Source: an uncultured Chloroflexia bacterium
Lineage (GTDB): Bacteria > Chloroflexota > Ktedonobacteria > Ktedonobacterales > JADMIN01
NCBI GenBank assembly: GCA_963718915.1
Contig: CAVRAI010000007.1
Location: 330,001-362,000, forward strand
DNA length: 32,000 nucleotides
Direction: 5' to 3'
A program made the translations under genes and the position numbers. A model generated the notes under the pieces. The model did not search any database, was not told the DNA's origin, and saw only the letters and a list, made by a program, of their open reading frames with translations. Numbering within the stretch: the stretch's first letter is position 1; every line of letters starts with the position of its first letter. Positions 23,429 through 32,000 of this stretch are shown piece by piece.

Positions 23429-25621
23429 ATGCGGTATGGCCGTCCTGCCCCTTCACGCAAGGGTGGTCGTGGCAAGGCGGGTCGGCGGCGCCTGCGCGAG
23501 CGCAACTTCCCCGTCAAAGTGGTTCTGGTGCTGGCGCTGATGAGCGTCATCGTCGGGTTCTGTTGCACACAGGGTACCTTGCAACTGGTGAATGTGGCCT
23601 CTGCCGCCTATGACGCGCGGGCGCAGGTCAATGCCATAGAGGCCCTGGCCAAGGGCGGCAATGTCACCGATACCGCCCATCTCACCGAGATGCAGACACG
23701 GCTTGTCGCGCTCAATGACGATCTGTTTCGTTTGCAGAGCGCGCTCCCAGGCCAGGTAGTATCGACGGCTAGCGGATCCAGTATTAACCATACGCTGACG
23801 ATGGCGCTCGATCTTGTGCAGGCGGGGCGCTATGGCGTGGATGCGGCGCTGATTCTCGTACCTCATCTCAAGGGAGTGCTCTCCGATGTGGGCAGCGGCG
23901 CCAGCGCGACCCCTGCCGCTACCGCCAGCGGCACGACGACCGCGAAACCATCCCCGACGGCCACAGCAACCGTCGGGCCGACGCCAACAGCGACCCCCAT
24001 ACCAGGCAACGTGGCCTCGGGTGGTCTGACGATGGACGATGTGACGCGCGTCCAGCAGGATATTACCTATGCCGGAGTGCTGGCTCAGCAAGCGCTGACG
24101 GAACGCCAGTATGTCAACGATGGACAGCTGCGCTCGATTGGCCTGAGCAGCGTCGTCACGATTCTGCAGAAGATGGATAGCTTCGCGCCGAAGCTGCCAA
24201 CCTATCTGAGCTATGCCAATAGCATCATGTCGGCGCTGCCGGATCTGCTCGGAGTCACCAAACCGGCGCATTACCTGTTCTTCGACATGGATAGCGACGA
24301 GATGCGCTCAACGGGTGGGTTTCTAGGCAATTACGCCCTCATCACCGTGCAAAATGGGAAGCTCATCGGCGGCGTCCACCTGCTAGACACCCTCCGGTTG
24401 GATTGTCCCAAGGGATTGAACTTCTGCCCTCCGCAGCAGATTCCCCAGCAATATGCCTGGATGAATGCATTTCCAACGTCATTCCTCATGCGCGACGCCA
24501 ACATCTCGCCTGACTTCCCCACCTCGGCAAAGCTGATCATGCAAAAGTATCAGCAAGAGAGCGGCCAGGCGGTCGATGGCGTCTTCATGATTACGCCAGA
24601 GATCATCCGGGACATTCTGAAGCTGACGGGGCCGTTGAAAGCGGATGGTTACGATAAGGAGGTGAATGCGCAGAACCTCCAGGATGTTATTCACTACTAC
24701 CACATCGTCGACCGCGGCGATACGACACCGGTGAACGGCAACACCGCCAGGAAGGCGTTCGATTCGCAGCTCGGCAGCCTGCTGCTGCACAAAGTCGCTA
24801 CGCTGAGCGCGTCGCAGCAGGCCGCGCTGATGAAAGAGGTCCTCGAAGGCTTCGGCACAAAAGATGTGCAGGTCTATCTCAATGATTCCAGGGTCGAATC
24901 AGTGCTCAGTACATTGCATATAGACTCCACGATCCCGATGCCAACTGGCATGGATGGGATATTGCTCTCGGATACCAATGTCGGGGCGACCTACTACAGC
25001 CGCGATATGGAGGAGACCGTCAAGGATACGATCACCTTCGACAGCAAGGGCAACGCCATCCACGACATGACCCTTACCTATACGCTGCCGTTCATCAACC
25101 ACCTCTATACGCCGGTCTATGGGGACAGTAATGGGAATAAGTACACCTGGTACAGTGGGGTTGCGCGCATGATCGTGCCTGACGGCTCCAAGCCAATCAA
25201 CGGCAACTACCTTCCCGATGGCACCTTGACCGCGATGCAGATCGTACAGTGCAATACGCCGTGGATTGTACCCTGTGGCCTACTTCCCGCGCCGGAGCCT
25301 GGCCATGTCGTCTGGGCCGCGCGCATCAACAATATGCAGGTAGGCGGTCAAACTCTCGTCTTCCACATGAAGTGGACAACACCCAATGTGCTCAAGACCG
25401 TGGACGGCAAGACACAATACAATCTGCACATCTACAAACAGGCGGGCACCCATATCGCCTACAACATCACCATTATTCCGCCCAGCAAGCAGCAGATCGC
25501 GTTGCCATTGGCCGATCCGCTCAGGACGCCTGACAAGGCGACACCCGGCATGAGCGTTCAGTTCACTAGCCCGTCACTCGTCAAAGATACGATGCTGACG
25601 GTCACGTTCGTCGGCAGCTGA
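23429..25621 (+). CDS. membrane-anchored envelope protein resembling the DUF4012 family
   Basis: ATG 23429 has GGGAG 6 nt upstream. A basic N-terminus and the TM helix 'VVLVLALMSVIVGFCC' are followed by a Thr/Pro/Ala linker. The segment 'MRSTGGFLGNYALITVQNGKL' matches DUF4012 as I recall it. The family assignment is from memory and was not searched. Confidence 0.7.
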   Translation: MRYGRPAPSRKGGRGKAGRRRLRERNFPVKVVLVLALMSVIVGFCCTQGTLQLVNVASAAYDARAQVNAIEALAKGGNVTDTAHLTEMQTRLVALNDDLFRLQSALPGQVVSTASGSSINHTLTMALDLVQAGRYGVDAALILVPHLKGVLSDVGSGASATPAATASGTTTAKPSPTATATVGPTPTATPIPGNVASGGLTMDDVTRVQQDITYAGVLAQQALTERQYVNDGQLRSIGLSSVVTILQKMDSFAPKLPTYLSYANSIMSALPDLLGVTKPAHYLFFDMDSDEMRSTGGFLGNYALITVQNGKLIGGVHLLDTLRLDCPKGLNFCPPQQIPQQYAWMNAFPTSFLMRDANISPDFPTSAKLIMQKYQQESGQAVDGVFMITPEIIRDILKLTGPLKADGYDKEVNAQNLQDVIHYYHIVDRGDTTPVNGNTARKAFDSQLGSLLLHKVATLSASQQAALMKEVLEGFGTKDVQVYLNDSRVESVLSTLHIDSTIPMPTGMDGILLSDTNVGATYYSRDMEETVKDTITFDSKGNAIHDMTLTYTLPFINHLYTPVYGDSNGNKYTWYSGVARMIVPDGSKPINGNYLPDGTLTAMQIVQCNTPWIVPCGLLPAPEPGHVVWAARINNMQVGGQTLVFHMKWTTPNVLKTVDGKTQYNLHIYKQAGTHIAYNITIIPPSKQQIALPLADPLRTPDKATPGMSVQFTSPSLVKDTMLTVTFVGS

Positions 25622-25657
25622 GTTAAGGATTCATCATCGTTATCCAGGTTGAACGTC

Positions 25658-26650
25658 TCACGCCTTCCGCAGATAAAACGCTGCCTGATCGCCACGTCCC
25701 TGCTGATTCAGTTCTTCCGCCTGGCGGTGGAATGCCGCGATCTGCTCAGGTGTGAAGATGGATTTCTGCGGATCTTGTTTATAGGATTGGGGCGCATACA
25801 GCGGGATATCGCGTTGATACTGCTCACTGCCCCAGAACTGAAACTCCGTCGAATCATAGATCACCTGGTCGAGCATAAGGCCCGCCTGTGACGCCAGCAT
25901 GCGCATGCTGTCCACTGTGTGCAGGAAATAATGGCGCGGCGCATCCAACTGCACCCAGTTCGTCCGATAATGTTCCCAGGCGTATGAGCCGCCGATAGGA
26001 ATCCTGATGAGGCAGATTCCTCCAGGCACGAGCAGTCGCGCTGTAGAGACGAGCGTCTCCAGAGGATCGGGAACGTGCTCAAAGGCATGGTGGAACATGA
26101 TAAGATCCCACTCGCCCCGCAGGTCGTGAATCGCCTGCTTGTGAATGGTTAGCCCATTCTTATACGTGATCGTCTCGCCAATATAGGGATCGATTCCCAT
26201 GACATGCGTGAAACCAGCGCTACGTAGCATGTAAAGAAATCGGCCAGAGCCACAGCCAACATCCAGAATCCGCGTATCGGTGGAGATGTCCGCCTCTGCC
26301 AGCAAATGCGCGCGTGGGTCAGGCTTCCTGCTGTCGACTATCCTGCCGACTATTCCCCGGTTGGTAGTCCCATACAGCGTGCGTAATCCTACGAGCCAGT
26401 TCTTGATGGGGTTGTGAAAGGTGGCTTCGGGGGATTCGGAAAGGCTGTAATACTCAGCAGGGTAGTATTTGCCCATGTCGGCAGGGGCATCCACCAACTG
26501 CACGCAGTGGCAATTGGAGCACTCTAGATAGGCGAACGGCTCACGCAGGCCAAACATCATTTCACGCGCGTGGTAGATGGTATTCCCCACGTCATTCTGG
26601 CAGACTTTACACGTCGTACTGTAGTGTGTCGCTTCCATATCCATGCTCAT
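25658..26650 (-). CDS. class I SAM-dependent methyltransferase with an N-terminal Cys4 zinc-ribbon-like motif
   Basis: ATG 26650 has AAGGA upstream. Motifs: 'CKVCQ..x..CSNCHC', SAM motif 'ILDVGCGSGRFL' and 'LVPGGICLIRIP'. The ORF-track start at 26824 is an extension. Confidence 0.8.
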   Translation of the reverse strand: MSMDMEATHYSTTCKVCQNDVGNTIYHAREMMFGLREPFAYLECSNCHCVQLVDAPADMGKYYPAEYYSLSESPEATFHNPIKNWLVGLRTLYGTTNRGIVGRIVDSRKPDPRAHLLAEADISTDTRILDVGCGSGRFLYMLRSAGFTHVMGIDPYIGETITYKNGLTIHKQAIHDLRGEWDLIMFHHAFEHVPDPLETLVSTARLLVPGGICLIRIPIGGSYAWEHYRTNWVQLDAPRHYFLHTVDSMRMLASQAGLMLDQVIYDSTEFQFWGSEQYQRDIPLYAPQSYKQDPQKSIFTPEQIAAFHRQAEELNQQGRGDQAAFYLRKA

Positions 26651-26852
26651 GCGTTCATCCTTTGCCTGATCGGCGGACGACACCTGGTCTTTGACAGGCT
26701 GCGTGACATCCGCGAAGGTATGAAGAGGTTGCAGTGCGGCGCCATTATAACATGGCTGCCAATGCGAAGCCATCCGAAGCCATCCGAACAGCCCACGTAG
26801 CAATAGGGGCCAATACCCGCTCATTTCCTATCATTAGTGAGGAACAGCGCAA

Positions 26853-27842
26853 TCAGTTGCTTGAGCTCAGGTATGCATAGGGTGATTGGCGCGGGAAGCG
26901 GTGGCGCGGCATGGCTACCAGCGCTTGTCGCAGGTACCGGGCTCTCTCGCGGAATGCGGCGCGCCGCCCCCGCTTTGGGGTGATCAGCGCAAGTATGGCG
27001 AAGATGGCCCACATTGGCAACCAGCACAACCACACCGTAATTGCCAGCAGTCGCGCCCGGTTGCGCCCCAAATGGGCGCGTGCGAAATAGCGGGCGCTCC
27101 AGGCCGCCTGGTTCAGCCAGCGCATGCCCTGACCGCCCGTCTTCGTTGATCCGCCACCCAGGTGGATAATCGTCGAGACGGGCGCATAACGTATCGTGTA
27201 ACCTGCGCGTTTGATGCGATAGCAGAGGTCGGTCTCCTCATAATACAGGAAGATGTTGGGATCGAATGCGCCAACGTGATTCAGCACCGAACGCGGTACC
27301 ATAATGTAGCAGCCGGACACGACCGTAACATCGCGCTCGGCGTTGTAGTCCCAATCCCGCAGTCCCTGTTTCTTTACAAACCCCGGTCGAATTCCCAGGA
27401 ATGTCAGCGTGAGCGCGGAGATCAGGACAGGTACGGTGAATGGCGTATTGCAGGTATACTGGATCGTTTTATTGGCGTTGAGCACACGCCCGCCAATCGC
27501 GCCGCAACGAGCGCCGAGGCGGTCTGCTACGGCGACCAGGCTGTCCAGCGGTTCGAGTACAAGCGTATCGTTGTTGAGGAAGAGCACATAACGCCCTCGA
27601 CAAATGGGCAAAGCGCTGTTGTTGCCCGCCCCAAAGCCGCGATTTTCGGTATTGAAGACGCATCGAATGTGCGAAGAGGCCCACTCAAGCTGGCGCAGCC
27701 ACTCCTGGCTTCCGTCGGTCGATACATTATCGACGATGATAATTTCGTAGCTACACCGAGTGCCCGAGCGCTCGATGGTTCGTATGCACTGTTCGGTGAG
27801 CGCGCGGCCATTGATATTCACCATCACGATTGAGAGATCCAT
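26853..27842 (-). CDS. family 2 glycosyltransferase
   Basis: Motifs 'LSIVMVNINGRALTEQCIRTI', 'EIIIVDNVSTDGS', 'NRGFGAGNN' and 'LFLNNDT' (the DxD region). One or two TM helices lie at the C-terminus. Confidence 0.85.
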   Translation of the reverse strand: MDLSIVMVNINGRALTEQCIRTIERSGTRCSYEIIIVDNVSTDGSQEWLRQLEWASSHIRCVFNTENRGFGAGNNSALPICRGRYVLFLNNDTLVLEPLDSLVAVADRLGARCGAIGGRVLNANKTIQYTCNTPFTVPVLISALTLTFLGIRPGFVKKQGLRDWDYNAERDVTVVSGCYIMVPRSVLNHVGAFDPNIFLYYEETDLCYRIKRAGYTIRYAPVSTIIHLGGGSTKTGGQGMRWLNQAAWSARYFARAHLGRNRARLLAITVWLCWLPMWAIFAILALITPKRGRRAAFRERARYLRQALVAMPRHRFPRQSPYAYLSSSN

Positions 27843-27926
27843 GCTATGCCTTCATTGCTCAGGATATGTCGGAGGGGTCTGTCGTCGTGCTCCATAGCGG
27901 CAATGCTCCGCGTGCTGGAGGAGTGA

Positions 27927-28583
27927 CTATTTGCCCGGCGCGAAGGAAAGCACCCAGAAATGATGGTATGGGTGCTCGGGCACTCGATAGTCCTTCGTAA
28001 TCCGTCCGTAGCGGCGCAGTACTTTACGCACCCTCCTGACTGGATAGCCCTTCGCGTCCACCTCCCAATAGTGCTGATCGTTCGGGGGCAACGTCCTGTT
28101 GAAAGGAAGAGAGACCCAGAATTGGCGATCGCGGCGCCGCACCGGCCCGAGGCGAATGGACCATGCGCGACTCAGCTGCGGGAGTGAGAGCACAATCCCC
28201 AGCCGGGCTACCCGAGACATCTCTTGAATCGCTGGCTCGAACTGGTCGAATGGTAGATGTTCCAACACCTGCGAGCAAAGCACCACATCCACCGACTTTG
28301 GCGGCAGCGGCATGTGTGTCACACTGCCAACGATGGTGGGATGAAGGTCGGGGTCAATGTCAATGGATTCGCATTGAGCTATCTCCCGGCGAAGCACATT
28401 GGTGACAATATCGTCGCCGACCCCAACCACCAGGCAAGTACGGGCTTGAAGTCCAAGCACCTCAACAATCTGATGCCAATAGCTCACCCACCGACCTTTT
28501 GGGGCATAATGGAGGAATCCATAGTGCTGGGGCGCAACCTGAACCGTGGCCCGGAACTCCTGTGGCGGGGCGTTATCATGCAT
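27927..28583 (-). CDS. class I SAM-dependent methyltransferase
   Basis: ATG 28583 has AGGAG 9 nt upstream. Motifs 'CLVVGVGDDIV' and 'VDVVLCSQVLEHLPFDQFEPAIQEMSRVARLGIVLSLP'. Confidence 0.7.
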   Translation of the reverse strand: MHDNAPPQEFRATVQVAPQHYGFLHYAPKGRWVSYWHQIVEVLGLQARTCLVVGVGDDIVTNVLRREIAQCESIDIDPDLHPTIVGSVTHMPLPPKSVDVVLCSQVLEHLPFDQFEPAIQEMSRVARLGIVLSLPQLSRAWSIRLGPVRRRDRQFWVSLPFNRTLPPNDQHYWEVDAKGYPVRRVRKVLRRYGRITKDYRVPEHPYHHFWVLSFAPGK

Positions 28584-28777
28584 CTCATTTGTCTCCTGGG
28601 TGGGGAAAACATGCTCTCCCAAAATAGCGACCGCACAACACTATGCGAGGTCAAGTCCACGACGCGACAGCATCATCAGTTCTAACGTGTCCACTGGAAG
28701 GTGGATAACTCCCTGTAGCTCGATCACGTCTTCTGGCTATCTTAACCCTATCCGCATAGCCATGTCTGTCACTTGAC

Positions 28778-31249
28778 TTATCGGTTGCTGAACGTTAGTG
28801 GCGTGTCGGCGCCAGCTAACAGCGATTTTCGCTGCGCCATGGCAAGCGTACTACGACATAGCAGTGCGTGCAATGATGCTGCCAGCTGATCTTCGGAATA
28901 TTCGTTGATGGCGCGCATCTGTCCGGCTGCGCCCAATCGGTGGGCGTGCTCGGGCGATTGTAGCACCCAGGCGAGCGCCTCCGCCACGGCTGACGCATTC
29001 CCCGGCGGCACTAACCGGCCCGTCTGCCCATCCACGACGGTATCGGCAAGCCCCCCTACATTACTCGCGACCACAGGGCGTCCGGCTGCCATGGCCTCGA
29101 CAGCGACAATCCCGAACGGCTCTGAGTGAGACGGCGCGACAACGACATCGGCGAGTAGATAGAAGAGTGCGACGTCACTCTGCGCCCCGGCGAAGACGAC
29201 ACTCTGGGCAATCTGAAGTTGCTGCGCCAATGCTTCAAGTGACGCGCGATCTGCACCTTCGCCAACGATGACCAGCTTCGCTTTGGGGTATCTGCTCAGC
29301 GCCTGCGCAAACGCATGCGCCAATACCGGCACGCCTTTCTCGGCCACCAGGCGACCGACAAAAACCACAATCGGGCCGTTCCCGCCGACGCCCAGTTTGT
29401 TCGCCAGAGCCTGACGTGTCTCGGCAAGCTGACTGGGATCGCTGGTCAATGTATGCAGGCGGGCCATGACGTCCTCTGAAACGCTGTTCGGCACTAGCAC
29501 GAATTTCTCTGGCAGAGAAGCCTTACGTGCGTGATACAGCTCAACATCAGCCTGTGACTTGCACCAAATCGCGGAAGCGCAGGAACACGCAATTTTCTCG
29601 ACGACCGCGTTACGCATCCGTCGGTAGAGGCCACGGTCCGAATAGTAGGAAGGATAGCCCGCGCTATACACTATGGTGTCGATGCCTGCGATGCGACCAG
29701 CCAGACCGGCAAGGCATCCAGCGATAGGTCCGTACACGAGCAGGGCGTCTGGCCGCGCTCGACTCAGCTGCCAGGCCAATCGAGGCACAGCACGCGCGAA
29801 CCGCACCTGACCAACAATGGGAAGCGCCTGTGCGGCGATGCCAGCCCTACGCGCGTTCTCAGCCAGTGGGCCGTCATTTCCGCAAATGAGTTCCGACTGC
29901 CAACCGTATGTCTTCAGGCCGCGCGCCGCCGAAAGAAGTACCCGTGGCCCACCGCCAATGGCGCCAGAGTCGATGATGTGGATCACTTCGCCGCTCGCTG
30001 AGCCGGAGGGCAATGCGCGCAACATCGCTTGCCGATGCCTCGACTGCTCATCAAGCGACTCCGCCAGCGTAGGCATCGCCACTGCGAGGCCCAGGAAGAC
30101 CCAGAGCAGCATGAGATACATCGAGGACGTTGCCTGCGCGCAGAACAACATGCACGTCATCGCTCCCAACAGCCCAATGGTGATCGCACGAGAAGCTGAT
30201 GGCGCTGGCCGACGTATCGCTCTGAGGACGGCGACGTACATAGCAGCCAGGAACCAAAGTATGAGTATGACCCCGATGATGCCCGAAAAGTGGAGGATAG
30301 ACAGCCCCATCGAGAAGATCCAGTAGTTATGCGGGCCGCCTTTCTCGAAGAGGTAGTACGTGGCGGTGCCCCGGCCCCAGATGGGGCTGCGTGTCCATTC
30401 GTCAACGACTAAATAGACGACTTTGACACGATTACCACCAGAGCCGCTCTGGAAATTCAGCAGCGAAGCCATGCGTGTAGAGATCGGACTGCCATCACGG
30501 ATCAAAAGCAGGAGCGCTGCAGCCAATATCGCGATACCTAACAGGGAGAAGCCAATCACAACCGGAAGGCGACGGGCATGGCGTGTGCTGTTCGCGGCGT
30601 CAAAGGCGCTGGGCACGCCTACTGATGCGTCTCGCTTGAGCTTGCCTCGTACCCATATTGTCACGCCAGTGACGATGATCGCGCCGAGGATGAACCCCAG
30701 CCAGGAAGCTCGGGTGAGGCTAAGAATGCCTCCCGCCGCACATAACGCGGCGACCAGCGCCAATGTCAGTGACAGGGGAGTAAACAGTCGTCCGCGGACC
30801 ATTTGGCTGAGTATGACTGCGACGATCAGAACCGTGACCGAGGCGAGATAATGGCCGAAAAAATTCTGCTCCGAGAACGTGCCATATGCGGATAGCAGAC
30901 CGCTCGACGCGTCGACTCGCGAACCAAACAGGTCAGTCTGGTGGAATACCCTGCTAATGCCATACAAGAGAATACCGAGCGTTGCCTCAATCGCCGCAAT
31001 AGGGAGCAATGCCCACAAAATGAAGGTCGGGTTGGTCAACTCGCTGACGATGAAGATGATGGCAGCGTAGCACATAAGACCAACGATCAATTCAGCGATG
31101 AGCGGAAGCCCAAGACTCAGTTCCTGGTGATTGACAAGAGCGGGAAACGAGCGATTCGACGACGAATAGGGCGGCGGGGAGGCGACCCGGCACCCGACGA
31201 AAGAGGCGCCTGGCCGTGCCGTTGTTGGCGTGGCGAATAAACGTGCCAA
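28778..31249 (-). CDS. fusion protein: O-antigen-ligase/polymerase-like (Wzy_C) membrane domain plus a C-terminal GT4 glycosyltransferase
   Basis: The membrane part carries 'SLTRASWLGFILGAII' and 'SPIWGRGTATYY', which are Wzy_C-like. The C-terminal part carries 'SEPFGIVAVEAMAAGRPVVASNVGGLADTVVDGQTGRLV', the GT4 EX7E region. The first ~35 codons after the TTG at 31249 look non-coding. See the frameshift finding. Confidence 0.75.
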   Translation of the reverse strand: MARLFATPTTARPGASFVGCRVASPPPYSSSNRSFPALVNHQELSLGLPLIAELIVGLMCYAAIIFIVSELTNPTFILWALLPIAAIEATLGILLYGISRVFHQTDLFGSRVDASSGLLSAYGTFSEQNFFGHYLASVTVLIVAVILSQMVRGRLFTPLSLTLALVAALCAAGGILSLTRASWLGFILGAIIVTGVTIWVRGKLKRDASVGVPSAFDAANSTRHARRLPVVIGFSLLGIAILAAALLLLIRDGSPISTRMASLLNFQSGSGGNRVKVVYLVVDEWTRSPIWGRGTATYYLFEKGGPHNYWIFSMGLSILHFSGIIGVILILWFLAAMYVAVLRAIRRPAPSASRAITIGLLGAMTCMLFCAQATSSMYLMLLWVFLGLAVAMPTLAESLDEQSRHRQAMLRALPSGSASGEVIHIIDSGAIGGGPRVLLSAARGLKTYGWQSELICGNDGPLAENARRAGIAAQALPIVGQVRFARAVPRLAWQLSRARPDALLVYGPIAGCLAGLAGRIAGIDTIVYSAGYPSYYSDRGLYRRMRNAVVEKIACSCASAIWCKSQADVELYHARKASLPEKFVLVPNSVSEDVMARLHTLTSDPSQLAETRQALANKLGVGGNGPIVVFVGRLVAEKGVPVLAHAFAQALSRYPKAKLVIVGEGADRASLEALAQQLQIAQSVVFAGAQSDVALFYLLADVVVAPSHSEPFGIVAVEAMAAGRPVVASNVGGLADTVVDGQTGRLVPPGNASAVAEALAWVLQSPEHAHRLGAAGQMRAINEYSEDQLAASLHALLCRSTLAMAQRKSLLAGADTPLTFSNR

Positions 31250-31577
31250 GGCTCACGGACGGACCAAGGATTTCATCAATGCGTACGTGAGCGCCTCCTG
31301 ATGTCAGAAGTGCGGGATAGAAGAACTCCAGCGTAATCATGAAGAACAGCACAATAAGGCTCAGCCGTGGGGTATTGAGACCCGCCAACAGGCCAAACGT
31401 GATGAGGAGGGGAATCAACAATACGAGCACATCAAGCTTATGAGATAGGATTCCGAGCGCGCCCAGCACTGTGGAGACTATCAGCAAGACCGCGATTGCA
31501 ATGAGCGCTACCCGCGACTGCGGCGTCCACTGGGTGCTGACAGCGTCCGAACGTTTTTGCGATAGGTCTTGCATCAT
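31092..31577 (-). CDS. N-terminal three-TM segment, probably the true 5' part of the Wzy-like::GT4 gene separated by a frameshift
   Basis: ATG 31577. TM helices are 'VALIAIAVLLIVSTVLGALGIL', 'LDVLVLLIPLLITFGLLAGL' and 'LSLIVLFFMITLEFFYPALL'. The tail after ~31236 becomes Arg-rich, and this ORF overlaps the downstream ORF by 158 nt. Confidence 0.5.
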   Translation of the reverse strand: MMQDLSQKRSDAVSTQWTPQSRVALIAIAVLLIVSTVLGALGILSHKLDVLVLLIPLLITFGLLAGLNTPRLSLIVLFFMITLEFFYPALLTSGGAHVRIDEILGPSVSLGTFIRHANNGTARRLFRRVPGRLPAALFVVESLVSRSCQSPGTESWASAHR

Positions 31578-31692
31578 TGTTCTCGCGATCCTTCTTTCTT
31601 CGGCGATCTCCACGCAACTCGGCGCATTACGCAGCGTCTGCCGCCTCCAGGCAGCCATCATCGACTGCCCGCGCACACCATGTCACCCGGTC

Positions 31693-32000
31693 CTAGGTTG
31701 GAATTGACATCGAAGGGTCTCTTAGTTGCTCCTGCGACGGCTTCTTTGCTCTTCGCCGCGGCGTAATCCGCTGGAGGGTGCGCTTTCCGTACCGCGCCAG
31801 CCGCCGGAGGTCATCTATGGTGACGACTCGCATCGCGAAGAGAATGACGCACAAAACGACCATCACGATAGACCCCTCAACCAGGGTGGGTTTGATGTTG
31901 AAGGTAAATATGCCGACCAGGCACACTGCTCCTAAGATGACCGCCAGCACCGTGGTGCCGATCAGGCTTATTCGCCGAAGGATAATACAGAGGATCAGCA
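31693..32000 (-). CDS. C-terminal fragment of a membrane protein running off the window (possibly a Wzx/MOP-type flippase)
   Basis: The frame is open from 32000 down to the stop at 31693. Two terminal TM helices, '..LIGTTVLAVILGAVCLVGIF' and 'GSIVMVVLCVILFAM', are followed by a basic tail. The functional guess rests only on context. Confidence 0.4.
   Translation of the reverse strand, partial: LILCIILRRISLIGTTVLAVILGAVCLVGIFTFNIKPTLVEGSIVMVVLCVILFAMRVVTIDDLRRLARYGKRTLQRITPRRRAKKPSQEQLRDPSMSIPT

Noticed and set aside
1-32000. Search for integrase, transposase, reverse transcriptase, toxin-antitoxin or known defence-system genes that could explain the repeat-bracketed islands.
   Set aside because: No ORF in the six-frame track shows motifs of these families, such as a tyrosine-recombinase R..HxxR..Y pattern, a DDE or HUH motif, or the RT YxDD motif. 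The islands therefore appear to be recombinase-less relics within this window.

Overview
High-GC bacterial chromosomal window. One hand-counted 60-nt line in der is about 67% GC, against about 43% inside the 13.3-14.4 kb islet. Gene content and promoter style fit a Chloroflexota- or Actinomycetota-like organism, but the taxon cannot be fixed from sequence alone. No rRNA, tRNA, CRISPR array, transposase or integrase was recognised.

Contents from left to right:
- HAD hydrolase, then a divergent SAM-methyltransferase/TetR pair.
- A 4-kb arsenic cluster on the minus strand: arsC, an aquaporin, an ArsR-ArsC fusion, arsM and a CVC-type arsR.
- A MacB-type ABC transporter, a lipoprotein and a NarL-type two-component system, translationally coupled.
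- An SDR dehydrogenase and a small membrane protein.
- A low-GC two-gene islet.
- der, a SAM-methyltransferase, an unknown tail-anchored protein convergent with a membrane-anchored CHAP-domain protein, and pdxH.
- Two small repeat-containing membrane proteins flanking a GYD-domain gene.
- A DUF4012-like envelope protein and a minus-strand glycan cluster: two methyltransferases, a GT2, a Wzy/O-antigen-ligase-like::GT4 fusion and a flippase-like fragment running off the window.

Most interesting signals:
1. Two diverged copies of a ~190-nt non-coding element (16480-16670 and 21795-21984). Each has a 36-37-nt terminal inverted repeat (closing helix) and a conserved multi-hairpin core. I cannot assign it to a known RNA or IS family.
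2. Two accessory blocks, the ars cluster and the low-GC islet, are each bracketed by direct repeats that are copies of a gene's 3' end. The differences between copies are biased toward synonymous changes. This looks like a footprint of 3'-end-targeted integration with no recombinase left.
3. A Cys-less ArsR domain fused to a catalytically complete ArsC domain.
4. An apparent frameshift inside the Wzy-like::GT4 gene.

All calls rest on motif recognition and hand alignment. No database search was possible.
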